From Raillietiella orientalis (Eukaryota), in NCBI GenBank assembly GCA_036172245.1, contig JAYWIR010000035.1, positions 868,001-932,000 of the forward strand: a DNA stretch of 64,000 nucleotides. Direction: 5' to 3'. Below the pieces are notes generated by a model. It ran no database searches, was not told where the DNA came from, and saw only the letters and a list, made by a program, of their open reading frames with translations. Positions 13,271 through 25,600 of this stretch are shown here, one piece after another. The number at the start of each line of letters is the position of its first letter. Positions within the stretch are counted from its first letter, which is position 1. The translations under genes and the position numbers were made by a program.

Positions 13271-14605
13271 CTTCCAGGAGAGGCGAACTTCTTTGCCGCC
13301 TCTGAGATAAACTGTTCCTAGTGCCTTTCATGCTGCTGCCATCGTCTCCCCCGCGGATCACTCTGACCGCATCTCCAGAATCACGTACGAAGGTATAAAA
13401 TACGTTGCGAAGGCACTAAAGCATCCCACGCGTGGGATTCCATCTGGATAATCGTCAGAGACGCCACCCTCGCTACGACAGAATCCTGAGGAAAAGAACT
13501 TTGTAGGTGATTTGCTGTCTTTGGGCACTCCAACAGGCTTTCGTAGTTTGGCTGCCCGTTCGCTCTCTGCGGGCTTGACAGGTCGCGGCCATTCCTTTTC
13601 TACGAGGACGCAGAGAAGGGAACTTGCTGGACGACTCCAGCCACATAGCTGATCTCCAGTCGCAGTTCGCGGATGGAATCTCCGGCAGGAGAGAATACAG
13701 TCATCTCATACTTGCCGTAGATCAAGCGTAGGAACAAAGACGGTTAGGAGGAATGGATTGTCCCTGTACGAAACGCTGATGGTCTCTGACCAGAAGTGAG
13801 AGAGATGGTAGGTTGGAAGCTGTCACTAGGGCTGGGGGCCTTGCTGTCTTACCAGCGATGACTTTCCGAGGAAAACTTCCGACCATCATCACTTCTAAAG
13901 AGCCGAAGAGCATCTCAGAGCAGCAATTTCCAGAATCTTCGACGACCTAAGTTAATATCAAAGTAGAGGTGAATGGGGGATTCAACCATGATTACTTTCT
14001 CAGGCACACGAGTCTCGTCTCACGAATCTGTGTTGCTTTTCCGGCCTGACCTGTCACGAGCACACTTCTGAAAAACTTCACACCCGGAACTTCCCGAAAA
14101 GAAAGGATTCAACAACAGGATTCGTTCCATCCGCACAACAAATGTCATCGAAGGTGGACGAACGTCGCACGCACTCGTGTTCGAATCTGGAAGGCTCGCG
14201 GTCCTTTCCGTGTCGCGAGCACGTTTGAAAGTCCAGGTTTGCCTTCCGATGCAGTGTTGAGAAACGTCGTTTCGAGTGGCCGCCGGGTGAGACTCATAGA
14301 ACTCGGCTGAAAAAGAAGTTACGGACCCGGTGGACTTAAGTTGATAGGGCACAACGGATTGCGAAGATTTTAGGGACTCCGACGACCAGTGGATTCCTTC
14401 CGCATCTCCTTGCACGAAATTCACAAATCTCGCACTCGCGAAAATGTGGATTCCAGCAGGTAGCACGGCACCTTGGTTTGGACATTTCTGGCACGGCTCT
14501 CCAGGCCATACCCGTCCCTAAAACATGTTGATGAAGAGAGGCAGATCCTCGCTTTGAAAGCATCCTGCCCGGTCACCAGACTTTTTGTCCCTTTCTGAAT
14601 TTTCC

Positions 14606-16144
14606 CGCCATCTAAGGAGGAAGGAGTTACACCGTCCGGAGGATGCGAGCGTTCACCGTTTCCTTCCGCTCCCCCCCGCCACCCTCTCGGCCGGACGAGA
14701 ACACCGTCCATGCGACATTCGCAGTCCGTGTTCCAGGGGGTCCGGTTCCAGAACATGTCGCCGGAAAGCTGGATGTCGGCACACGCCAGAGTCTTCCCGA
14801 CCCGTTCCGCCTGGTGCTGCCGCGGGTGGCTTCCGAGCCCGAACAACGCCGCATCGTCCCAGCATCCCGCGAAGGGTGCTCCCGGTAGCGTAGGCACTCC
14901 TTTGCGTGGGAAGCGGGGCGCCGGCTGTCCGGATTCGCTTCCTTCGCTCCGCCTTCCCCAGAGCCGTTCAGCGAACACCCGCCGTCCTTCGCTCGTCCCA
15001 CCGCTGGATCTGAGAGCCCCCAAAGAGCGTCTCGGGCAGCCCAGAACGACGAACGTTTCAACGCAGCCGGAGGTTCTCACCCGAGTCCCTTCCGTTCCGC
15101 ATCGTGCAGCGGGGTCCACCCAGTCCTTTTCGTGGTGGCGGCAACGAAACTTGCGGTTCCCTGATTCACCCGTTCCCGCGTCTGTGGGAAAAGCCCCCGC
15201 CTTGCTTGCGTGAAAAACCCAAGGGGCGAACCTGCACGCTGGTCCGCAGCTCGAAAGAGCTACGCATCCAACGAACGAGCGAGTCCCTGTTTTCAAAGGG
15301 AGGGGAGCAGCAAAACGAAAAAAAAGAAAAAAAAAAAAAGGTGCGGTAAATTGCAAGGCGCAAGCATCGCAACAGACGGAATTTCGTTTGAAGAAAGAAA
15401 AAAGATCTGCCGCCATTTGAGGAGGACAACGCGCCCGCGGGGTTGCCTGCATCGTGGAACGCGTGCAGCCCGAATCGGCATCCCGTCCGCTGGCCGGGCA
15501 TCGCCGAACGGAACGCGAAATCTTGGCACGGGAATTCAAGACTCTGCGACGGGAGAAACGGCGCGAGCGGTATCTGCATCTGTTGCCTCCCTCTGTTGGT
15601 CGCGATGCAGGAAGGAAGGAAGGAAGGAAGGAAGGAAGGCGCTACCGACGTGGGCGAACTTCCCGTTGCAGCTTCCAGCCTGCCGTCGAGAGTGGCTCAA
15701 CGGAACCCGCTGCCGCCTAACCTTTGCCAGAGCGTCGAGATGGGCGAACTTGATCTTCCAGCGCACGTGATTGGAAAGAAATGCCGGTCGGGTTGGTCGT
15801 AGGAAGGACGTTCGCCGGGGGACATTCATTCCGTCTCGATTTTCGAGACTCTGCAAGACCGCCGAATGCCCGTTTCCCGTTGAAGATGGACGCGCTGAAG
15901 AGCGTCCGGCTGAGCAGCGTGGCAGCAGAAGCGGGAGCGTGGCAGTGTTCCCCGTTCGTCGCATGCACGGGATAACGAAGACGATTCGTGCACTGGGTTG
16001 ACCGTCGTCACGGTCGCTTCGTTTTCATGCCGGACTCCGGTCTACCCACGTCTCCAGGATTGATGCACTCGTCGCGTGGGCGCAGTCTTCAAGGTTTGTC
16101 TCTGTTTCGGGGGGCGAACTTTGTGCTTCTGCTTCCCAGCTTTG
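14606..16144 (+). repeat. ~1.54-kb CpG-rich segment duplicated in inverted orientation at 56194-57716
   Basis: Near-identical reverse complement; differences seen are a 16-bp indel (15682-15697) and a few substitutions. Contains (GGAA)n and poly-A; no recognisable protein, TIR or TSD. Confidence 0.95.
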
Positions 16145-18199
16145 CGTACATCGGGGCAGAGTGAAGATATGTACTGGATGAACGCCTGTAGATGGCTCGA
16201 AATCGGCTGCTATGCAACGGTAGCACCTGCAACTTGCTGCTTGCTTCCAACAATTTCTCATTTTTGGGCTCCAAGTTCACCTCTTTCCTGATCACACAAG
16301 GAGCCTAAAGAGTTTTAATTGCTAGCGGTTTCGTGCAGCGGCAGAGGTCCTAGCTGGTGATAGTGCTAAGATGAGTGGACGTAGCCACTGAAAGATCAGC
16401 TGCAACAATGAAATCATCTCAATACTTTCTGTGGTGTCTGCGGAAAGGAAAAAAAAAAAAAAAAATTTCACCAGGGATTCCTTACCCTGATGATTGGGGT
16501 GCTTCAGAAACATCCCGTTCGAAGCCATCTTTTCTCTATTAGAGATGATTCTGGTGGAAACTGCGTCCTGAAGATATGCTTTGGGAAGGAGATGAGAAAG
16601 CGGAAAAGAAATGTTTCTTCACCTCTTTCCTTCTTTCAAGTGCTGCATATCACAGCATGCGTAGTTGCACCTTCGCTTTACGGTGGATGCTGAGGTCTGG
16701 TGAGGACCACGGCGCCCTTCGCCTCCAGATACAAAGGATGCGGATTTATCCCCGCATGTGCGGGGTTTCTACCAGGTGACTTGCCATGTGTTCGGAGGCC
16801 GACCGATTCTGGCGGACGTTTTCCGTCATGCAGATCTTCCGGTGCGAGGAACTTCCAGCGGAACTTTTCCTTGACCTTGTTTCCAGTTTCCTTCCATTAA
16901 CGAATATTAGTTATTTGCCTATTCGTTCTTGCGTATTCGAGGAATTCTCCTGGAGTTATCATAAGGTGCTTGCGGTCTCTCCTGCCGAGAGGATCAAGTG
17001 GACCTTTGGTCGCGTTGCTGGAACTTTCACCCACATTACCTGCTAGTGACTCTCGACTGTGTCCAACTTTCCTTCTGTTTTAGGCTAGCTAAAATTAGCC
17101 AGCCCTAGGCTCATCGATCTTGAAGTCCAATCCTCTGAAGGACTCTTGGCAGGGGCTTTTCTAGCTCAGTGCTGAGCGAAACCAAGACGGCGACGTGTCA
17201 CATATAGCAAACGTCGCGACAGCTGCACCTTTTCGAGTGATAGTCACCTGGATTATTCTTCGAGCATCTCCCTCCGACAGGGTTGCCTCAGCAAAGCAGG
17301 AAAGGGGATTTTTTCGAAAGAAAGACCGTACTATTTTAACGAGACAACAGGAAGCTTTTTCGACCCACGGTTACCGTCGAGGAAGGGTACGCACGGCAGA
17401 ATATGAGAGTGGAGTTCCACCTGTTCACGCTACGTACTGTGACGTCACGATGCGAAAAATATTGAGAATGCGGAGAAGAGCTTCCAGATCCAGAAAGGAT
17501 AGGGGATGCGAGCGATTGGATTGTTTTTCGTTTTTTGTTTTTTTCATTCTCAGAGCGCAGGCAAGATAAACCTGAAAACCTACTCGACGAGATTCCCTAC
17601 TTTTCCCGATTCGTTCCTAAATACCTTGCATCATGTCCATGGGTGGTTTCCCAGAGATCTGGTAGCAGAATAGGTGAAATGGGATGCTCTTGAGGAATCT
17701 CTTGGTTCTCCAAGATGCAAGTGTCTCTGCAACCACAGTCCATCCCGTTGACACTGTTCCAAGGCGGCAGCGGAAAGCTGACTTTCCAAAGTTCCCTTCA
17801 TGCAAGAGTTCCACTCGCCTCTGTTATTCTTCAGCCGATACGCAGCAAGTCCCAAACATCCCTCTTCAGTGTCCGCATCTGATTCCTCTTCCTCGAGAGG
17901 GCGATGTTTCCATCCAACTTTACCGACAGGAATGGGAAGCGCGGCACAGGACCTCGGAAAAAGTCCCACGGCATCGAGGGAACTCGACCTAGCCAGACCG
18001 AAGTGCAGCGGCAGGCGCCGGCTCCCAGCGAGGACGGGAAAGCAGCAGACCCATTGGGGCCGAGCTCGTGCTCTCAGCAAAGCCATCAGTCTGCTTCTGT
18101 GCTTCCACTGTTCTGATTTTTTTCCCTTCTCTCTTTCAGCGTGATGAAATGTCTTCAGGCTTGAAGAATTCCTCCATTCGGGATTCCAGAAACCAGAGG

Positions 18200-18230
18200 C
18201 TGAGCTGACGCGGATGTCCGCTCAGCTCAG
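18200..18230. repeat. Near-perfect hairpin
   Basis: ctgagctga-c-gcgga-tg-tccgc-tcagctcag: 9-bp plus 5-bp stems. Confidence 0.6.
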
Positions 18231-18587
18231 GAGTCAGCTGCTGTTGGTGTTCTGCACGGGTCTGTCAGGCAGGGAAGATCCCCCCTGATGTGGGCTGGTG
18301 CAACTCACAGAGATGGTCGTCGCTGCAACCAGCTGCGTAATCGAGGGAGTCCCCACCAGCGGTCCCTGGTCTCAGGAGGATGAAGCATGTGAAGGTATCG
18401 ATATGTTATTGATGATGTTCGGTTGATGATGATTTTATTAGTGTCATTTTTTTTTTCCGGTGAAGTTTGCCGCTGTCGAAGGGAGCGACCCGGAGGATTC
18501 CGAGAGTAGGCAAGAGATGTGGTGTCCGCATTCAGGTTGCGGGGGGAAGTCCACTGAGGATGGCGAGAAACGAAAGATCTCATAAGA

Positions 18588-19658
18588 TCATCGGGAAGTG
18601 AACGACCGGAAGTGAAAGGAAAAGGAGGGAAAAACGGATGGGAACAACATCCAGCGGGTAGAACCAGGCCGCTGGAAGCAGGTCTGCCGGAGAGTCCTTC
18701 TGCCAGCAACTGGAGCAAGATTGGGTAACCTAAAACCTGGAAGAGGTCGCAGAGGACGAGGATTGATGATGATGCGCGCTCCGGAGTCTCGCTCGTCCAG
18801 AACTGCCTTTCTTGCGGCGAGATCCTGGAACTCGCCTCCCGTCTGACTTTCTCCTGGGCCGAAACGGTGGGCAGCCTTTCCTCGGGAGTAGCCACTGAGT
18901 GCGCGCGTCTCCACTTCGCCTCCAGGTGGTGCCTCACCCGCTCCAAGCAATCCGATCCTTTCGGTTTCGGATGCATCGCTGCTTGGATTCAGCCGGGAAT
19001 CTGTGGACTCGGGATGTCATTGCAGGTGTGTTGCAACCTCATCCGACCAGGCACACCCGGGAGAGTCCCCGCTTCGCTGATGATTCGCCCTTACCTTCCT
19101 CCTCAGTGCCCGGAAACGGGGGAGGGGATCCAAACGATTCCGCCGTCCCCAGCATCAATCCCGATGGTCTTTCACGCGGTTGCTGGACTGCTCGTCCTAC
19201 ACCGCGCAAAATCTGGCCTCTGATATTCCAATGATGGCCATCTTGTGGTCGACGCTCTCGGCATTCGTGATTTGTGTCCGCCCGCACGACAGGAAGCATC
19301 CGCTCTGGATGCACGGGTGGACGCCGTCTTGCCTGACCCTGTCAGTCATGAAACTAAGACCTGCTGACCGCTGGACCTTCGGTTCTCTGGTTTGTTCCTC
19401 TGCGTTCATAGAAAGATTTTGCCTCAGGACACGACCCCTTGCTATTCTGTGCAGAAGAAATTTCTGCTTCGGGCGCATGAAGGAGGAGAGGGCGGAATCT
19501 CCGCCTTCTCTCTCTTTGCCTTCCGCCCTCCCCCCCCCCCCCCGGGCTTCTGCGCGCCATTGACAAGCCGGTCTGCTTACCCTCGAAGCCGAGAGTCCTG
19601 ACCCTCGGGGTTCTCGAGAGCGGTTGCCTGCTTTCCCTGGACTGACTCCCGCGCCCAC
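18588..19658 (-). CDS. 3' part of a spliced orphan gene (exons ~19658-19581, 19338-19095, 19000-18588)
   Basis: GTAAG donors at 19580 and 19094 and CAG acceptors at 19339 and 19001; phases 0 and 1 keep one open frame to TGA at 18588; AATAAA at 18439-18434. No recognisable domain; 5' end unresolved. Confidence 0.45.
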
Positions 19659-19837
19659 CTCACAGGGCGGCTCCAGCTGCCGCGACGGGAATCACGTGGG
19701 AAGTCGACGGCAGGCGGGCGCCCGGCGAAAGAATGCCTTTGTTTGCGGATGCAGGAAAGCAAACGCGGGACGGGCGCAACCGTTGGCCTCTGCAGTCTCT
19801 CTTCCCCTTCTCGTAGCTCCTTCTTTTGCTTCGGGAC

Positions 19838-20012
19838 AAAAAAAGGAAGAAAAAAAAAAAAAAGAGGGGAGAGAGAGAGAGAGAAGCGGAGACAGATGAC
19901 GAGGAAAGCAAACAGGCCGATAAAAAGCAGGAAAGCCATCCAGAGACAAAGAAGCGAAAGTAGCAGCAGCAACGGGAGGATAAGGAGGAGGAGGAGGAGG
20001 AGGAGGAGGAGA
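19838..20012. repeat. Low-complexity cluster: poly-A, (GA)n, (GAG)n
   Basis: Read directly; it explains the poly-Leu, poly-Arg and poly-Ser ORFs here. Confidence 0.85.
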
Positions 20013-23000
20013 AGATGAAAAGGGTCTTCAGGCTGAGTGAGACCTCTCTTGAGACGAAGAGAGAAAGGAGAGCAAAGACCCCGGGCTTGGTGCCTGCATC
20101 CTTCGAGCTTTCGTTGTGAAAGCTGCAAGGGAGAGCTGGCCCCGACAGTCTCTCAGCCGCACCCCGGGGGCGAGACGACCCACTCCCTCTTTGGAGCTCT
20201 CTCCTCCCCTTCCTCCTCCTCCCTTCCTCTCCCGAACGAAAGGACCCAGGTTCCTCTAGAATCGGTGGGCGCTTGGCTCGGCAACCGCTCGAGGGGGTCG
20301 GGAGAAGGACGTTCCCTCGCACGCGCCCTGGCTCGGCCAGCGGAGGCGCCCGACGAGTACAGAGCAAGCCGGACCGAAGACGTGAACGGCGGAGACGCAG
20401 CCACCAAAGACCCCTCTCTCCCTCCTCCCCTCGATTTCCTCCATGTGATCCGGGGCTCCCGCTTCGGTGGCGTCCCAGAGGCCGCCTGCTCCAGGTAACG
20501 CGGCCGCGCACGCGGTCGGATTCGCGCGGGTCCCTCGTTCCCTTCCGGTGCCACCCAAGATCCTTTGAGGGTCCCGCACAGGGGCGGGGCTCCGCCTTTC
20601 TCGGGCTCTTCCCGCCCTCTGACGGGATGATAAGCAAACCGACCCGTGCCCATCCTCTGAGGACCGCCCAGCGTTCAAGCGCACCTTTCTAGAGGAGGCG
20701 GCGACCCCCTCCAGCAGTGCCCCGGATCCGTGCTATGGAATCCCCGCCGGAATGACCAGACTCGCGCAGGTGGCTCCCTCGCCTTCCTCCTCCTCCCGCA
20801 TCTACCTCTCCCTCCGGTAATCCCGAAATCCGCCTTCAGTGTCCTCCTTCTTTCCTCTTTCGAGGCTGTTTCTCACCTTTGCGGAATCAATCCCTGAAGA
20901 GCTCTCCTGCTTCCCCCGCAAACCACTACAGCGCAAACCTCTTCCCCGGAGTCTCACGCGTTCCAAAGCGTTTGCCGAACGAGGCCGTTCCTTTCCCCGA
21001 GACCTGGAAAGTCACTGCAGTCTCATTCGTTCCCCTCTTCTGTGCTTTCGGGAAGGGAGGCACTGATGGTCCTGGGGTGAGGCTGTCTGACGCCTCCCTG
21101 GGAGCTAGACACCACCGTTCGAGACATTCCTTCCCGGTCCCGAGGAGAGAGAGAGATTTCCTTCTGGCTTCTGGCACCTCCTTCTGGTGGGAAGGGATCT
21201 CCGGAAGCTGTCCCCTGAGGGGAGAGAGGGTGTACTCTGGCGACAGGGATGAAGAGAACGCGCGGATGCTCCCGCTCCAGGCGACAAGAGCCCTGCCATC
21301 CCTGGATAGCAGCCTCTTCATCCTCGTGCTGTTTCGGAAAGGAAGGAGGAGGGAGAACGGCGCCTATGGGAGCACCCCTGACCCTTCGGGGTGAGAGGCG
21401 ACCTGTGAAAGTCGCCTTCTCTCGCCATCCGGCCGAGCGTCCCGGCTTCGCCGGAGCGAAGCGCACGGAGTTTTCTCGCTCCTGCAGGGGAGGCGGACGT
21501 GAATTCCCAAGCGGAAACCCTCCTGGCTTCCTCCGCTGCCCGGTGAGCCGCTGGTGCCTCGGGAAACGGAAGGCAGTGCGCACTCCAAGCTCAGAGGTCA
21601 CGAGTGAGCCGTTTGTTGCGCAAGGCGCCAAATCCGCAGATTCTTGCAATCGAGGAGCGAAGATTCCGCCTCCGCCTCCGGTCTCCCTCCTCCCCCTCCC
21701 TCCTTGCTCTCTCGCTCGCAATCCTCCTCTGAGGAAAGGCTGCACTTTCCCCTCAGCGGTCCATCTTCGTCTTTCCTCCTCCTCCTCCTCTCTTTCTTTC
21801 TTTTTTTTTTTTTTTTCTGTGTCAGGTTCACATTTTTCACCTGCGCTGCTCTTCCGCCCGGAGGATTCCTCAAAGCCACACCGCCTACTCGTCGCTCTCC
21901 CGAGGAGCGAAGGTTTCTTTCCCGCCTCGCGCGCTCCGCCGACGCCGCAGAAGCGCAGGCAGCCAGCCACGCGACGCACGACCAGGAGGTAGAAACGTGG
22001 CTGCCTGGTCTGCCTGCTTCTGCACCGTCCGCCTCCTTCGTGCGACCACGTTCACGAGAGAGAGGGATCCAGGAGCTGGACCACATGCACGAGCGCGGAG
22101 CCTCGGGGGCTCTTGGCAGGTTGGAATCCACGAATTCCTCGAACGGTCTCATCAACCGCGTCCATCAAACGCGCGGAAATGTCCACTCAGAGATCGTTCT
22201 CAGCAACGCGTGCCCTATGAGCCTCGTGAATTCGTATATGGATGTACACAGAAACTGCCGATACAGCAGTACGCAGCGTGCGACCGCCTTGCTCTGTGTG
22301 GGCACGGCATTGTTCAAAAGCGCACGTGACGGCAAGCTGCACACGTGTGCAGCACGATCCGGCGAAAGTGCAGCTGATGTCCTGCCTGTGCTCATAAGCG
22401 ATTGACGGGCCCGCGATGGCTGCAGACGGCGTGGGGAGGGGGGCACCTCCACGGGAGAAAGCATCGCTCCGATTTGTGTGGTCGCACGTAGATCTTCGCG
22501 TAACGAACGTGTTCCCTCAAGAAAGGAATTGCTTCGTGGATAAGAAGCACCGCGCAGCATCCCAGATCCAGTTTGGCCATGCTGAAGGCGCCAGCATTGG
22601 CCATTACCGACATTCCATTGTTAGGTCCCGTGTTCCTCAACCTGGCTGATTTTCCTCCATTTCCCATGTGTGTTCTCGCTTCTCTCTGCGTGTCTTTTAG
22701 TTCTTTTCTGGTCGCATGGGAACGAGCTAAGCATGCCATAGCAGCCGTTCTATCGAACCGTTTCTTCCGGATCGAATTGCCCCGCTGTTTCCATCGCACG
22801 GCAAGAACTGCGTACTGCTTGTTCGTTCCTGCTGACCATCGGTCCAGGCTCCGGACGAGCTGCGTCGACGTGGGAATGCGTTTCCGAGTCCATCGGTTCC
22901 AGAAGCAGATTCCTCTCCCGGAGGCAGGATCCTTGACTTCGCGTCGCGTTGGGATTCAAGCGCTGCTCCGCCGTGGAGGCGTCCGGGTCTTCTGTTTCTG

Positions 23001-23529
23001 CGAACCCTGGGAGACTCAAGAAGCTCCCTGCTGCCACCCCCTCCCCCGACAGGTCGTCGAGGGACTTCTCGCCGTGTCACCTACCTACCCTCCCTTGCCC
23101 TCGAAAGGCGATTCTTCTTCTCTCGGCCAGGGGCCATCCTTGGAATTTCCATGGAGACTGCCACTTCCATGGCCGTGGATTCCATTCTCCCAAGGGAGGA
23201 AGAGGGTCGCGCAAGGCGAGCTGATTTCCTTGTTGATACGACCTGCTTCCTTGGTTTGAACTCTGAGGAAGTTTGCTCTCCTGGGACACCGTTATATCCC
23301 TTCCTTCCTGCCACAGAAAGGAAGGGATGTAACGGTGGCGCGAATCAGACGCATTCGGTGCGCTCCGAATCGAAGCCTGGCCTCTCCAGCTTCCCCCGGA
23401 AGGGGTTGATTTGCACAGTTTTTTCCGCATGCAGACTTCAAACAGCGTTTGTTTGTTTCCTCACCTCCGCATCTTGGAAGCGGCAGTTTCGTTTGCATGT
23501 CTGTTTTGCTCCGGCAGTGGCGGGTGACT

Positions 23530-24260
23530 GATGATCCACGACGTCCAGTAGCGTGGATCGTTTCGCACGGCGGACGTACTCTGGCCACACTCCGTCTGAA
23601 AGCAAAAAGCTGAGCGTCCGAGGCAACTCCGCTGACGAATTCTGTCCGAGCGCTGATCTTGTCTTCGACGCTTTCTGATGGAATCCTCAGTTTCCGAAAT
23701 TGTCGTCACCCGAAAGATGGCGTCATAAAATCGCGCCTTTGAAATCTTGCCCTTTCCCGACCTGAAGCGGCACTGTCAAGCCCTATTTTAGGGCACTGGT
23801 GACCCCCCTGCTCCAGCGCCACGTGAAGCAGCTTGATAGTGGACACTGCTGCTGTTCCACTAGCGACCACCACTCGTTCAGCGCAAGCCTCAGTCGGAAC
23901 TTCCTGAGAGTTCGCAGCTCTATCCCCATCTCTTTTCTTAGTAGGGCCGCAGCCCTTCGAGAGCGGGTCCACGAGGAGAGTTGGTGCGTGCGATTGGCAG
24001 AACGCTATCAGGAGGAAACGTGATCGTTCGCGGCAGAGCAGCTCCCAGCCGCTTCTTCTTGGGTGTCCCGGTTCACAGGAGGGAGGAGTACTCTCGCGAG
24101 ACGTTGCAAACGTGTGCAAACTCCTCGAATCTTGGCAGCTCGCTGGGGACCGAGATGACTTCACACGCCCCAGAAGAAGCTCTTGCCGTGAAGGCAGCCT
24201 CCTTAGCCGCTGAAGAGGCTACGCGGGATCATCCCTCAGTTCCCTGCGCTTCCGCGCGCT
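23530..24260 (-). mobile_element. Decayed non-LTR RT core
   Basis: KEAAFTARAS (QxGFxxGRS-like), VEQQQCPLS + LLHVALE (GVxQGCPLSPLLFxxALE), LSGDD (YADD-like). Confidence 0.45.
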
Positions 24261-25289
24261 AGTCTCCGATTGCGCAGATGCGAATCACCTTTGAGGTGTA
24301 ACATCCTGAAGCTATGATTGCAGTGGTGCATTCGCTGCTGATTTATGTGAGGCTGGGTGTTGCGAAATCCCTAGGACTTTTCGAAAGTCTTGCATTCGGG
24401 CACGTTTCGAAATGGCAATTTCGCTTCCATCTTTCCTCCTGCCGAATCCGCGGATGATTTTTTTTTCTCCTTCCTCTACGGACCCAGAAAAGGTGGAAGC
24501 TGGCGGCGAGCTGATGCAAGCTTCCTTCTGAATCGCACCATCTCCGGAAGACTTGAGGAAGCCTCGTTGAGGAAACGGTTCGTTCGAGCCGATCCTGGTG
24601 AAAAATTTTTTTCGCCTCGTCCCTGCCTGACGTTCCTGCCCTGCACGAAGCTCAGGAAGCTGTGCCTCTGGACCGACCCCCTTCTGCTACCCATTCTCTA
24701 TCGGAAATTATTTACGAATCTTCGGTCCGGTCAGCCTACGTGCAGTTGCACCATTTGTTACCCTCGTGCCGCAAGCCAGGGCTGAGGATTTATTAACGAA
24801 ATCGGACCGAAGGTCGCTTCATTCTAGCATTTTTTTCCTTCCTTTTTTTTGATTTGAAGGGAAGGGGGGGGGGAGAGGGAGAAGATATAGTAAAGGGAGA
24901 CTTGCCTTTATGTCGAAGGAGAAAACTTCCTGTTCCTTCAGCCGAGAAAGGCACCTTTTATTCGGGAAGAATATACGCTGGCTGCTCCCGGGCAAGTTCC
25001 CCAAGCGATCTTATTCAGAAAATTTCAGTTTTTCAGCTGGAATATTTTTTTGAACGAGAGGATTCAGCTCGATGCCTCATTTGTAGTGGTGGCTCCGTAT
25101 CACAAAAGGATCGCTTCGTCCGTCTCTGGGCCTGCTCTCTGCGTTTTGACATTCTTTCAGACAAGGACGTTACTGGCCACGCTTTTTGTTATTTTTTTTT
25201 CTTTTTCAATTTTTTCAAAGCCATCTCTTTGCGCTTCTCCCTGGCTGCTGCGCACGTCGGTCTCATTGGGATCGCTTAAACCACCTTCA

Positions 25290-25600
25290 GGACGGATGGT
25301 GACGTTCCTTTTGGGAGTCGCGACAAGGAGACGGGATGGTCAGGAGTCGGTGAACTGTGCTCTGATTAGGAGTGTCTTCTCGGATCAGGTGACGCCGACG
25401 AGCTGCAAGTTGTCCAAGGCGATCGCTTCTTTGCATTAGTTCATCCATTCTTCATATCCTCTTCGTCTCCCGTCTTCGCACGAGCTCCGGCGAGAGCTTC
25501 TTTGCATCGTGGATGCTTCCTCCACGTGCGCGGGAAAAATGGTCCACCGAGACGAGGTGGAAAGGCCCGCGGGAACGTTTTTGCGCTGCGCTCTTCTCCA
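25290..25600 (-). mobile_element. Possible decayed LTR-retrotransposon integrase core
   Basis: One frame reads GPFHLVSVDHFSR...RSDRLGQL...HRLLTIPSP..SQKERHH, resembling LVxVDxFSR / SDxG / H...P..NG..ER. Confidence 0.35.

Noticed and set aside
14421..15539. 372-aa ORF (and 314-aa twin at 56783-57727) as a real gene
   Set aside because: Runs through poly-T and low-complexity sequence, overlaps ORFs in many frames and has no domain; twin identity only reflects recent duplication.
19577..20128. Poly-Leu membrane or signal-peptide protein
   Set aside because: Produced by (CTC)n, (CT)n and poly-T microsatellites.
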